Assembly: GCA_965277285.1 (NCBI GenBank)
Contig: OZ255721.1
Span: 2,752,001 to 2,816,000 of the forward strand
Direction of reading: 5' to 3'
Length of the DNA stretch: 64,000 bases
DNA from: Abditibacteriaceae bacterium
Lineage (GTDB): Bacteria > Armatimonadota > Abditibacteriia > Abditibacteriales > Abditibacteriaceae
The notes beneath the pieces were generated by a model, which saw only the letters and a program-made list of their open reading frames with translations, was not told the DNA's origin and ran no database searches. Each line of letters begins with the position of its first letter. Positions within the stretch are counted from its first letter, which is position 1. This document shows, one piece after another, positions 30,690 to 40,886 of the stretch. Position numbers and translations under genes: made by a program.

Positions 30690-33600
30690 ATGCCTCGCGC
30701 TTCTTCCTTTTCACCTTCTCTCAGGCCGCTGCGATTGTTTCGTCGCGCCGTTGTTTTTCCGGTGCGGCGGACGGCTGTGCGCGCCGGAAGCGCCCTGCGC
30801 CAATGGCTTTCGACTGAAGAAAACCCGTTTTTGACGCGCGCCTTGCGCACCGAATCGCGGCGCCATCAGCCATTTTTATCGGTCGCCATTGTGATGTCGC
30901 TGATCGTTCTGCTAAATGTCGCGGCCTGGCGGTTCTGGCTTTTCATTTTGGGCGGCGAAACTCGACTGGCGCATCGTGGCTATTCGCAACTTCATCTGCC
31001 AGATGCAATTGGCGGCAATGCCATCAACTTCTTCGCGCTGATAACGGCGTGCGTTTGCGCTCTATCAGCGCTAATTTGCGCGCGTTTGCGTTCTGCCGCG
31101 CTGTTGCGACAGGAACTTTTGCGCAGCACATTGGACAGCCTGCAATTGTTGCCGATCCGCGAAGAACGCTGGCTGTGGCTGCTCAGCGCGCATCCTTTGT
31201 TGTTGTCGCTGCTGATCGGCGCTTGCGGGTTGCCGGTTTATATGCTGGCCGTTTGCGTCGGCGATTGGAACCTGACGGATTTGATTGGATTATTTTTCGT
31301 CTTCGTCTGGCTGGGCCACGTCGCACCGTTGTGGCAGCCAGTCGCATGGAAGCAAGGCGGAGCGCGCACGCAGCAAAAAGTCAACTGGAAAACCTTGCGC
31401 GCCCAGATGAGTACCAATTCGGTCGAACTGCCGCGTTCGCTGACCGAAAGCGAACCGCAAAACCTGGAGCTTGCGGCGCATCTGGTGCAGGCCAACCGCC
31501 TGGAACTGCAACGCCGCCAGCAACGATTGGCACTTGGCGCCGCGCCCAATCCGCTTTCGAGTACTGGAAACGAGGCGCCCGACGAACCGGACGCAACGGA
31601 CAAAAAAACCAACAAGAACAATGCGTCGCAGCGCGCCAACAAAAACTGGTTCGGCTCGGCTTTCGGGTTTTACTATCTTTTTCGCCTGTTGTTCCTGGTG
31701 ACGCGCTGGTCGCCGACTTCGAGTCCGGCGCATCTGCTGTCCGCGTTGTGGCGCGACATCTTCGCCGCCTTGCCGGAAAACGTGGTCGCGCTGTGGCCGG
31801 GTTTTCTGTTTACATGGCCGCTTTTGCTGGCGCGAACGGCCTTGGCGCCGCTGCCGTTTTTCCGTTTCGCCGTGCCGCCTTTGTGGATTTTCGCGGTTTT
31901 GTGGGTCGGTTTCACGACTTTGCGCAACACCAATCTGGCGTCGCTGGTTTCTTCGAGCGAAACCTTTTGGACGACGCGCCGCGTGCGCAAGCAAAACAGA
32001 ACATCGCGTTTTTTGTGGATTTGCGCTGCCATCGCGTTTTTGGGCTACGCCTGGCCGACGTTTATCACGAGCGGCGAACTCAGTTCCATCTTAGGCGATT
32101 TATGGCCTTCGACGGCGCGCTCTCTGGCCGCGTTGTGGACGATCTTCGTCATCGGCGCCGCGATTGCCGCCGCGCGCAACGCCGAAGCGATCTTGTCGCG
32201 CGCCGGTTTATTGCTCGACGGAACAGTTGAAGAAAACGCCAACTGGCAGGCGCGCGTTTGGCGGCAAACGGCGCATCGAGTACTCGATGTGTTCACCAAG
32301 CCGCTGCTCGCCTACTTTCTCTTTTGCTTGATCGGCAACGTCACGCCGTGGAACGCTTCATGGCTGGCGCGTTTGGCACCGACGTTGTTCACATCATTGG
32401 CGTTTGTCGTCGCGGTTTTTGGCGCCGCCGCCTTGCAAAACACGTTGCCGGTGCCGGATCGCGCGCCCTGGAAAACGGTGCGTTTTCTGTGGTTTTGGGG
32501 CTTGGCTATCGAAGTCCTGGCGCGCTACATCATCGGCGTGATTCGAGGCGCGCACTTCACATTGGAACAATCGCCGCACACCGTTTATTCGCCGATTGTT
32601 TCTCTGTTGGCCTTGCTGCGCGGCGATGTTTCGACAGTCGGCGGAATCGCCTGGCCGATGGTCGCCGGAGTGCAAGCCTTGGCGGGTTTGATTTGTTTCA
32701 CCGTCGCCTGGACAATCGTTTTTCGGCACGCGCCGCGCGTCGAAACGCCCGTTGTGGAAGGCGAAGTTTCGTTGGGCGAACGCATCGTCAACGTTTTAAT
32801 GGCGCCGTTTCGTCTGGCCGGACGCGTCTTGACCGCGATTTATGAGTTCTTCAAACACGTTTTCGATTGGATGGCGCAGAAAACTAACGCCGTCAACGAA
32901 CGCGTTATCAGTCGCGGCGCGCAAATCGACAACGCGGTTTTGACCAGCGAATTGCGACGGCGCGTGCGCAAATCGAACTGGTGCCGCCAGTGGATTTTGA
33001 TTTCTCTGGTTTTCTTTGCGCTGTTCAGCTTATTTTTCCTGCTTCCCTTGTTCAGCGACTTTGCGACTCAAAGCCAGATCGTGGGTTGGTCGCAGGCGTT
33101 TGCCGGTATTCAGTGGGCCGATTACGGTTCCTGGTTGCTGTTGGTGACGGGAATTATCGCCACTTTGCTGGCGGCCTTGTGCGTCTTGAACGCGGGGCAA
33201 TCGTTCGATAGCGACCGCGCCAACGGCACGATGGTCTTTCTCTTTTTGACGCCGATGAGCGACCGCGCAATCATATGGGGCAAAAGCGTCGTCGAATTGA
33301 TTTACGCCACGATTTTGTTGACAATCGCCATTCCCTACCTGCTGCTGGGAATTTTGCTGAGTTTTATCGGTGGCGACTTGAGCATTTTTCCTTATCTTTT
33401 GGTTGGCGTGCCTTTCGTGTTGTCGATCGGCATTTTCGCCACTTATCTCAACATCTTGTTCGCGGTGCGCGCTCGCAAACCATCGGAAGGTTCAGCCAAA
33501 GCGTTGCTTGTTTTGCTGCTCTTTGAAGGCGCAATGATCGTTGCTGGTGTCGTCCTCAGCCCATTGCAAACCGTACTCAGTTTTAAGCCTCTCTTCGCTC

Positions 33601-33722
33601 TTGCCCTTGGCGTGATATTGCTTCATCTCGCGCTGGCGGTTTTGTGGCATCGCCTGGCGTTGCTGTCGCTGCGAAAATTGCGCTACGGCGACATCGCAAC
33701 TGGCGGCAAAATGGCGTCGTAA
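30690..33722 (+). CDS. large polytopic membrane protein with two ABC-2-permease-like modules
   Basis: NPFLTRALR/NAVLTSELRRR and ELLRSTLDSLQLLP/DRANGTMVFLFLTPM paired motifs; many TM segments. Confidence 0.7.
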   Translation: MPRASSFSPSLRPLRLFRRAVVFPVRRTAVRAGSALRQWLSTEENPFLTRALRTESRRHQPFLSVAIVMSLIVLLNVAAWRFWLFILGGETRLAHRGYSQLHLPDAIGGNAINFFALITACVCALSALICARLRSAALLRQELLRSTLDSLQLLPIREERWLWLLSAHPLLLSLLIGACGLPVYMLAVCVGDWNLTDLIGLFFVFVWLGHVAPLWQPVAWKQGGARTQQKVNWKTLRAQMSTNSVELPRSLTESEPQNLELAAHLVQANRLELQRRQQRLALGAAPNPLSSTGNEAPDEPDATDKKTNKNNASQRANKNWFGSAFGFYYLFRLLFLVTRWSPTSSPAHLLSALWRDIFAALPENVVALWPGFLFTWPLLLARTALAPLPFFRFAVPPLWIFAVLWVGFTTLRNTNLASLVSSSETFWTTRRVRKQNRTSRFLWICAAIAFLGYAWPTFITSGELSSILGDLWPSTARSLAALWTIFVIGAAIAAARNAEAILSRAGLLLDGTVEENANWQARVWRQTAHRVLDVFTKPLLAYFLFCLIGNVTPWNASWLARLAPTLFTSLAFVVAVFGAAALQNTLPVPDRAPWKTVRFLWFWGLAIEVLARYIIGVIRGAHFTLEQSPHTVYSPIVSLLALLRGDVSTVGGIAWPMVAGVQALAGLICFTVAWTIVFRHAPRVETPVVEGEVSLGERIVNVLMAPFRLAGRVLTAIYEFFKHVFDWMAQKTNAVNERVISRGAQIDNAVLTSELRRRVRKSNWCRQWILISLVFFALFSLFFLLPLFSDFATQSQIVGWSQAFAGIQWADYGSWLLLVTGIIATLLAALCVLNAGQSFDSDRANGTMVFLFLTPMSDRAIIWGKSVVELIYATILLTIAIPYLLLGILLSFIGGDLSIFPYLLVGVPFVLSIGIFATYLNILFAVRARKPSEGSAKALLVLLLFEGAMIVAGVVLSPLQTVLSFKPLFALALGVILLHLALAVLWHRLALLSLRKLRYGDIATGGKMAS

Positions 33723-33757
33723 AGCGCAATCGAGTACTCGATATGAACCGCACGATT

Positions 33758-33845
33758 GTAGGGGCGAGCCGCTGGCTCGCCCACAGCGGTCGAGTTCACA
33801 CGTTGATTTCGCCAAAGTTCGGGCGAGCCAACGGCTCGCCCCTAC
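33758..33845. repeat. GTAG-type REP doublet
   Basis: GTAGGGGCGAGCCGCTGGCTCGCCC ... GGGCGAGCCAACGGCTCGCCCCTAC. Confidence 0.85.
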
Positions 33846-33901
33846 AAATTCTGTCAGAATGCCGAACTTGCGATGTAATTAAGTTTGAAAGGTTTCCAAA
33901 C

Positions 33902-35707
33902 CTAATCACTGGCCTGCACCGCATACTTTTCCGCGACAACGTTGCGCTTGATTTTCAAAGTCGGCGTCATTTCGCCGTTTTCGACGCTGAACGGTTCCTT
34001 CAGCAACGTGATTTTGCGCACCTTCTCGAAATCGGCCAAGTCACCGGATAAAACGTCGATTTCGCGGCGAAATAACGTTTTCACTTCGTTGGAAGCGAGC
34101 AGCGCATCGTCGCTTTCGATTTCCCAGTTTTGTTTCGCGGCATATTCGCGCACGGCTTCCATGTGCGGCACGATCAAGGCGCTGACGGCTTTTTGTTGGT
34201 CGCCCAAGAGCACGATCTGCTGCACGAAACGCGATTGCGAAAACTGCATTTCAATTGGCGCGGGCGCGACTTTTTTGCCATTCGCCAAGACCAGCAAATC
34301 TTTTTTGCGTCCCGTAATCTTCAAGATTCCATCTTGCAAACTGCCCAGATCGCCGGTGTGAAACCAACCATCGACAAACGAATCGGCGGTTTCCTGCGGC
34401 TTGTTCCAATAACCTTTGGAAATGCTGGCGCCGCGCACGCAGATTTCGCCATCGCTTTCGATTTTCACTTCAAGCGAAGAAACCGGCGGCCCGACCGTGC
34501 CCAGATGAATCTTTCCGGGACGATTGACCGCGATAACGGGCGACGTTTCTGTCAGGCCGTAGCCTTCCAAAACCGTGACGCCGACGCCTAAAAACAAAGC
34601 GCCCAAATCCGGCGACATCGGCGCGCCGCCCGAAATGAAAGCGCGCAAACGTCCACCCAGACTTTCCCGAATCAGCGAATAAACTTTGGCATCATAGACT
34701 TTGAGCTTCAACTTTTCTATCAGCGACAAATGCGGCGCGTCCGGCCAATGACCTTCGACAAAACCTTGCTTTTTCGCCAGTTCAAGCGACTTCGCATATT
34801 CGGCGCGCTTTTCTGCGGGCAAAGTTTTGGCGCGATCATAAACCTTGTCGCTCAGCGATTCATACAAGCGCGGCACGCACATCATCAGCGTCGGGCGCGC
34901 TTCTTTCAAGTTGGCGGCGACCGTTCCCAAACTTTCGCAATACGCAATGGCGGCGCCGATGCGCAACGGCAAATAGAAACCGGCGCTGCGTTCATAAATG
35001 TGCGCCAGCGGCAAAAACGACAGGAACACTTCAGATTTCATCGCGCCGTAATGTTCGCGTAAAGCGTCGCCGACAGCTTCAACGTTCGAGATGATGTTGC
35101 GATGCGACAGCATCACGCCTTTGGGCGTTCCGGTTGTGCCGCTGGTGTAAATAATCGTAGCGATGTCGTTTTCATCGGCTGCCGGCCAAGTGCTTTCAAA
35201 TTCGGTGGGATGCGCTTTCGAGTACTCGATTCCCGCGTTTTCAACCTGCGCAAAGCTCGTTTCGCCTTCGATTGCGTCCATCGTAAAAACGTGCTTCAAG
35301 TCGGGCAATTCGCTTTGAATCGCCTTGATTTTCGCCAGTTGCGCGGCGTTAGAAACCAGAACTGCATTCGCGCCGCAATCAAGCAAAATGCCTTTGACCT
35401 GAGCGGCGGGCAAAGTCGAAAAAAGCGGCACAGAAACTATGCCCAACATTTGGCACGCGAGATCGCAGAGCGCCCATTCGGGACGGTTTTCCGCCACAAT
35501 CGCCAATCGTTCGCCGCGACCCAAACCACGTTCTATCAAACCGCAGGCGACGTTGCGCACGCGTTCGCCGACTTGCGCATAAGTCGCGTATTCGTAGGAT
35601 TTGGTCGCTTTATTCTTGACGCCCAGGCATTCTTGCGCCGCGAAATCGGCGAAGGCGCGTTGCGCGAGTTCTGCCAGTGTGTGCGGCGCTTGTTTCGGAT
35701 CGAACAT
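33902..35707 (-). CDS. long-chain fatty acid--CoA ligase
   Basis: IYTSGTTGTPKG, FLPLAHIYER, GYGLTE, FHTGD, TPTLKIKR. Confidence 0.93.
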   Translation of the reverse strand: MFDPKQAPHTLAELAQRAFADFAAQECLGVKNKATKSYEYATYAQVGERVRNVACGLIERGLGRGERLAIVAENRPEWALCDLACQMLGIVSVPLFSTLPAAQVKGILLDCGANAVLVSNAAQLAKIKAIQSELPDLKHVFTMDAIEGETSFAQVENAGIEYSKAHPTEFESTWPAADENDIATIIYTSGTTGTPKGVMLSHRNIISNVEAVGDALREHYGAMKSEVFLSFLPLAHIYERSAGFYLPLRIGAAIAYCESLGTVAANLKEARPTLMMCVPRLYESLSDKVYDRAKTLPAEKRAEYAKSLELAKKQGFVEGHWPDAPHLSLIEKLKLKVYDAKVYSLIRESLGGRLRAFISGGAPMSPDLGALFLGVGVTVLEGYGLTETSPVIAVNRPGKIHLGTVGPPVSSLEVKIESDGEICVRGASISKGYWNKPQETADSFVDGWFHTGDLGSLQDGILKITGRKKDLLVLANGKKVAPAPIEMQFSQSRFVQQIVLLGDQQKAVSALIVPHMEAVREYAAKQNWEIESDDALLASNEVKTLFRREIDVLSGDLADFEKVRKITLLKEPFSVENGEMTPTLKIKRNVVAEKYAVQASD

Positions 35708-36136
35708 CGTTTTCCTCGGAGATTTGAAGTGGATTAGTGGAGCGTTGTTGCAGGCAATTATAACCTTTATTGCGTCTTTTTCGCGCGCCGCTTCACGCAC
35801 CAAGCAGCATCTCAAGCAAGGTGGCACAAGTGACGTGCGCGGCAAAGCCGTCGAAGCTGTCCGCCGCCACATTGCGACGCGCTCCCAAAGTTAATCTTAA
35901 ATTTGGGCGAGTTTTTCAATCTGCTGAGCCATTACAACAAGATATTCAAGCTTCTTGAGGAACAAACGCGGGCAAAGGATTGTTGACAAAGGCGAGGATT
36001 CGTCCTCGCTTACATTCCACAGTTTCTTGCAGCGCATCGAGTACTCAATAGTGCGCAATGAGCACAGAGAAAGTGAGTCGATGCGATTTCTCAAATACAG
36101 TAACAATTTCTTGAAAGGTTTGTAAGGAGTACTCGC

Positions 36137-36700
36137 ATGAAAATACGAAGCAAGGGAAAGGCGATTTCCATCGGGGCAATCGTCCTGGCTTTTACGGGAA
36201 CGATGGCGTCAAGCCGCGCGCAGAACACAGCAGTCTCGAACACAGCACCCGAATTAGTTGGTAAGCAGTGGTTCAACACGGGAGGCAAGCCGCTGACACT
36301 GGCCTCGCGCCAGGGCAAGGTCACCATTGTGGAGTTTTGGACGTTTGGCTGCTTCAACTGCCGCAATAACTTGCCTGCTTATGCGCGTTGGCAAAAAAAG
36401 TTCGCGGCGCAAGGCGTCCAAATTATTGGCGTCCACACGCCTGAAACCGATTCCGAGCGCGACCCCAGAAACGTCGAGAAGTTTTTACGCGACGAAAATA
36501 TCACTTATCCCATCATCACCGATGCAGCGTACCAAAACTGGAACCGCTGGCATCAGCAATATTGGCCGACGGTGTATCTTGTGGACAAAGCGGGCCGTGT
36601 GCGCTATCGCTATATCGGCGAATTGCGCAACAACGAAGCACAAGTCACGCAGTACATAGAAACGCTGCTTAAAGAACCGTCGCCTTCAACGAGAGCATAA
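36137..36700 (+). CDS. exported redoxin (TlpA/DipZ-like thioredoxin)
   Basis: FWTFGCFNC CxxC, GVHTPE, YWPT; AAGGAG SD. Confidence 0.9.
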   Translation: MKIRSKGKAISIGAIVLAFTGTMASSRAQNTAVSNTAPELVGKQWFNTGGKPLTLASRQGKVTIVEFWTFGCFNCRNNLPAYARWQKKFAAQGVQIIGVHTPETDSERDPRNVEKFLRDENITYPIITDAAYQNWNRWHQQYWPTVYLVDKAGRVRYRYIGELRNNEAQVTQYIETLLKEPSPSTRA

Positions 36701-36944
36701 GGCGAGTCGTGGTTCGTCATGCCTCTAAAGTGTGGCGCGCGCGATTGTCTCAATAAACAAAGCTCAACGCCGTGTCGCTGGCTGTACTCGAATTGAGTAC
36801 TCGTTAAATACGAAGGCTGGTGACGCTAATTTATCATTTTGAGAATGCGTAAAGAAAGTCGGAAAAGTGAGCAAATTATCAGTTTGTCATGCAGAGCGTG
36901 CTACACATTTTCCGATTTTCTCTACACGCTTTGAGCGGAGCGAT

Positions 36945-37251
36945 TCATTGAGAACGATTTGTGTTCGCTTGTTGCGCCATCTTTGCATAAAACGGCGCGA
37001 CATCATTCGGCGCAGGCAAACCGGCAACTTGTCCATCGCCCAGTTCGACCACAATCCATTCGCCGCCTTGCGTTTGCGCTACATCCATTGAAAAGAAGTT
37101 GCTGCCGATGTCGTGCGCCAGTCTCTCGAACTCTTGCAGCGGTGGCGTTTCATCCGAGTAAGCGCCGCCTTGCCAATAAGTTGACCAATAGAATAGTTCG
37201 TTTTTCCAGAACCATAAGCGAAACTCTTGCGAAATTGGTGCGCCACTCTGA
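36945..37251 (-). pseudogene. C-terminal fragment of an ATP-grasp (R2K-like) protein truncated by the IS
   Basis: EFRLWF...FFSMDVA...WIVVELGDGQVAGLP; the frame runs into the IS end and no N-terminal part lies across the IS. Confidence 0.7.
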
Positions 37252-38108
37252 GAGGGTGTATAGGAATCACGCAAGCCTTCGGAGCATAAGCCGGATCATG
37301 GCGAGATAAATCCAGGTTTCACTTGATTTGACATTTTGCTCATAGTCTTTTGAAAGCCTTCGACATCTTCCCAACCATGCAAAAGTTCTTTCGACAACCC
37401 AGCGACGCGGCAACGGCACGTAGCCTTTGTTTTCATATTGACGGTTCACCAGGGCATTGCGGCTTATCACTCGGAGCGCAACGCCACAGTTTTCTCGCAC
37501 CCAAGCCGCGAACTTGTGTCCCCAGTAGCCTGCATCCGCCCAAATCAACTGCAAACGTTGTGAAGGAAAGCGCCACAGGGCTTTGTCTTGCAAAAGTAAT
37601 TTGGCTCCGTCACGCTCTTGAACGTTGGCAGCATGAACACACACTTGCAACAACAAGCCGTTGGTATCCACTAGAATATGACGCTTGCGCCCTTTTATTT
37701 TCTTGGCTGCATCAAAGCCTTTTGGCCCCCTTTTTCTGTGGTTTTGACGCTCTGGCTGTCCAGAATCGCTGCGCTGGGCGCCTCATCCCGTCCATCGGCC
37801 TGGCGCACTTGAGAACGCAACGAACTGTGGATACCTTCGAGAGTGCCGTTGTCACGCCGGCGCCGGAAGTGATACCAAACCACAGTGTAAGGCGGAAAAT
37901 CGTGAGGCAAAGCACGCCACGAGCAGCCGTTGGTCAACTGATACAACAAAGCGTTGACGATCTCGCGTTGGGCGTAAAGCCTGCGCGTACCGCGCGCACG
38001 CTGTGGCTCGATCAAAGGGCGCAGCACTTGCCATTGTGCCTCGCTCAAATCACTGGGATAGCTCTGGCGTTTCATAAATGTAAGTCTAACCCTTTCCTAT
38101 ACACCCTC
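37252..38108 (-). mobile_element. IS5-family insertion sequence (IS1031-like), 857 bp, two-ORF transposase with probable -1 frameshift
   Basis: 15-bp TIRs GAGGGTGTATAGGAA. ORF1 37695-38075 ([24 protein letters not shown]) and ORF2 ending 37267 ([15 protein letters not shown]). Slippery AAAAAGGGGG at 37726-37735 on the minus strand; the -1 frame gives [15 protein letters not shown]. Confidence 0.93.
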
Positions 38109-38173
38109 TCAGAATGACAAACTCTGACTCTTTTCTTCTCTGCGACTTGGCGTCTCTGCGCTTCAATAACTTC

Positions 38174-39187
38174 ATGAGCACAATCGAACAACGCGTTTAT
38201 GCGCGCGCGGCGTTGGCCGGTAATCCGTCCGATGTATATTATGGAAAAACCCTTTCGCTGAGCCTTCAAGATTTTTCGGCGCGCGTCGTTTTAACGCCAT
38301 CGGAAAAACTTGAAATCGTGCCCAACGAAGACGATTTCACGCGTTATAAAAGCATTCACGACTTGAGCAATGATATTCGACGCAACGGTTATTACGGCGG
38401 CTTGCGATTGGTGAAAGCGGCAGTGAAGAAGTTCGCTGATTATTGCCAAGCGCATGACATCGAACTTTCCAAAGATCGTAATTTTTCGATTTGTTACGAA
38501 ACCGATATTCCGCGACAAGTCGGTTTGGCGGGAAGTTCGGCGATTATCACCGCGACGTGGCGCGCTTTGATGGCGCATTATCGAGTACTCGTTCCGCGCG
38601 AAATCTTGCCGAATTGGGTGCGCGCGACCGAACAGGAAGAGTTGGGAATTACCGGCGGCCTGCAAGATCGCGTGGCGCAAAGTTATGGCGGTCTGGTGTT
38701 CATGGATTTCAACCGAGAAACCATCGAGCGCAACGGTTTCGGCCATTATGAGCCGCTGGATGTTGCTTTATTGCCGCCGCTTTATCTGGCGTATGCGACG
38801 CGCTTTGCCGAAGAATCGGGCGTGGTTCACAACGACTTGCGCGCACGATGGGAAAGCGGCGACGAAAATGTTCGTCAGGTGATGCAGAAATTGGCGCACA
38901 TCGCACAGAACGCACGCAATTGTCTGGTCGAAGGTCGTGCGCACGAACTGGGCGCGTTGATAAATCGTAATTTTGAACTGCGCCGCGCCATTGTTCCGAT
39001 TTCGTCGTCACATCTTCAAATGGTCGAAATCGCGCAAAGCTGCGGCGCGAGCGCACATTTCGCGGGCAGCGGCGGCGCGATTATCGGCACTTTTGAAAGC
39101 GCAGAAATGTTCACGCAACTGGAAGAAAAACTGAGCGAACAGGGCTGTCGAGTACTCGAACCACGCATCGCGCCGCTTTACCAATAG
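38174..39187 (+). CDS. GHMP kinase, glucuronokinase-like
   Basis: ARAALAGNPSDVYYG, GYYGG, IPRQVGLAGSSAII, GLQDRVAQ, LLPPL; these match my recollection of plant glucuronokinase motifs. Confidence 0.8.
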   Translation: MSTIEQRVYARAALAGNPSDVYYGKTLSLSLQDFSARVVLTPSEKLEIVPNEDDFTRYKSIHDLSNDIRRNGYYGGLRLVKAAVKKFADYCQAHDIELSKDRNFSICYETDIPRQVGLAGSSAIITATWRALMAHYRVLVPREILPNWVRATEQEELGITGGLQDRVAQSYGGLVFMDFNRETIERNGFGHYEPLDVALLPPLYLAYATRFAEESGVVHNDLRARWESGDENVRQVMQKLAHIAQNARNCLVEGRAHELGALINRNFELRRAIVPISSSHLQMVEIAQSCGASAHFAGSGGAIIGTFESAEMFTQLEEKLSEQGCRVLEPRIAPLYQ

Positions 39188-39260
39188 CCACAAAGAGCAC
39201 AAAAGACACAAAAATTAAGTAAGAAACTTTGTGTCCTTTGTGCTCTTTGTGGCTATTGGT
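39180..39260. repeat. long inverted repeat between convergent genes (terminator or REP-like)
   Basis: ACCAATAGCCACAAAGAGCACAAAAGACACAAA ... TTTGTGTCCTTTGTGCTCTTTGTGGCTATTGGT. Confidence 0.75.
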
Positions 39261-39261
39261 T

Positions 39262-40581
39262 TTAGCTTTTAACAACCGGACGCCCGATAGAATAGTAGGT
39301 GAACTTGTGGTGCTGCATCGAATCGAGTTCATACAGGTTGCGACCATCGAAGATGACGGGATTCTTCAAAAGTTCGCGCATATATTTGAAGTCGGGTTCG
39401 CGGAACTTGTTCCATTCCGTCGCAATAATCAAGGCATCGGCGCCTTCGAGCGCGTCGTAATGGCGCTTCGAGTACTCGATAGTGTCGCCGATGATGCGTT
39501 TTGTCGCAGCGCTCGCTTCGGGGTCATAAGCGCAAACAGTCGCGCCGCGTTCAGTCAGTTCCTTGATGATGGTCAGGCTGGGTGCCTCGCGCATATCGTC
39601 GGTGTTCGGCTTGAAACTCAGGCCCCACAAGGCGAAGTGTTTGCCGCTGATGTCGCCATCGAAATGCTCCAGAATGCGTGGCACGATTTTGCGCTTTTGG
39701 TCGTAATTGATCGCTTCGGTCGCTTCCAGCAAACGTTGCGGCGCCTGATGTTCGCGGCCTGTTGCGACAAGAGCTTGAACGTCTTTAGGAAAACAACTTC
39801 CGCCGTAACCAATGCCAGCGAACAAAAAGCGCTTGCCGATGCGCGAATCGAGTCCGACGCCCAGGCGCACTTTATCGACATCGGCGCCGCAGTTTTCGCA
39901 CAGGTTGGCGATGTCGTTCATAAACGAAATGCGAATCGCCAGCATCGCGTTGGCAGCATATTTTGTGACTTCCGCCGAGCGATTATCCATCACCAAAAAC
40001 GGGTTGCCGGACAACAAAAACGGGTGATAAAGATCGTGCATCAAGCGTTCGGCCCGCTCGCTATCGGTTCCGATGACGACGCGTTCCGGCTTGAGGAAAT
40101 CTTCGATAGCGACGCCTTCGCGCAGAAACTCGGGGTTGGACACGACATCGACTTCGCCTTTGGAATGAAGCGCCAGAGCCGCGCGCACTTTATCCGCGGT
40201 GCCCACGGGAACCGTGCTTTTGGTGACGACGACCTTGTAATCGCCTTCTTTGACAAGTTGTCCGATGGCTTCACTGGCTTTGAGGACGTAACTCAAATCG
40301 GCTTCGCCACCTTCGCCCTGCGGCGTGGGAAGCGCCAAGAAAATGATTTCGGCGAAAGCGATGGCTTCGGCCAAATCGGACGTAAACAGCAAGCGTTCTT
40401 CTTCGCGGTTGCGATGAAAAATGCGATCCAGCCCTGGTTCAAAAATCGTCAGTTCGCCCTTCTGTAGGCGCTCGACTTTGTTTTTATCGACATCCACGCA
40501 AATCACATCGTTGCCCGATTCGGCGAAACAAACGCCCGCCACCAGACCAACATAACCCGTTCCAATCACAGCCAACTTCAT
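39262..40581 (-). CDS. ugd: UDP-glucose 6-dehydrogenase
   Basis: GTGYVG, KSTVPVGT, NPEFLREG, GYGGSCFPKD, FKPNTDDMRE, DGRN. Confidence 0.95.
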   Translation of the reverse strand: MKLAVIGTGYVGLVAGVCFAESGNDVICVDVDKNKVERLQKGELTIFEPGLDRIFHRNREEERLLFTSDLAEAIAFAEIIFLALPTPQGEGGEADLSYVLKASEAIGQLVKEGDYKVVVTKSTVPVGTADKVRAALALHSKGEVDVVSNPEFLREGVAIEDFLKPERVVIGTDSERAERLMHDLYHPFLLSGNPFLVMDNRSAEVTKYAANAMLAIRISFMNDIANLCENCGADVDKVRLGVGLDSRIGKRFLFAGIGYGGSCFPKDVQALVATGREHQAPQRLLEATEAINYDQKRKIVPRILEHFDGDISGKHFALWGLSFKPNTDDMREAPSLTIIKELTERGATVCAYDPEASAATKRIIGDTIEYSKRHYDALEGADALIIATEWNKFREPDFKYMRELLKNPVIFDGRNLYELDSMQHHKFTYYSIGRPVVKS

Positions 40582-40886
40582 CGTGTGTCTCCTCGAAAAA
40601 TGCGCCTAATAAAGAATTCCCACCGCGAGTAACGGAGTATTTTAGCGTGAGCGTAACTTTTTATATTAAGGGCAAACCCTCCGCATGGGAGAATTGCGCC
40701 TCGCGCTGGGAACGCTTTGTGTAGCTCGGGACGCAGCAATCTACAAAAGTATTTACTCCGCGCAGAATGAATATGTCTCACTGGATGCGGCGAAAGTCGC
40801 TGAAACTTAGCATGACACAATTCGCCTCTTGTGCGCAAAAGTCCGCAAAATATGTGTTCTATGATTATCGAGTACTCGATAGTCAA

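Noticed and set aside
7577..38108. 30-kb composite transposon bounded by the IS-end remnant and the full IS
   Set aside because: The remnant is only about 18 bp and differs in sequence, and the enclosed genes are core-like with normal motif density.
40668..40745. GGGCAAACC...GGGACGCA resembling a c-di-GMP-I riboswitch
   Set aside because: There is no GNRA tetraloop or correct spacing, and it is on the opposite strand to the flanking genes.
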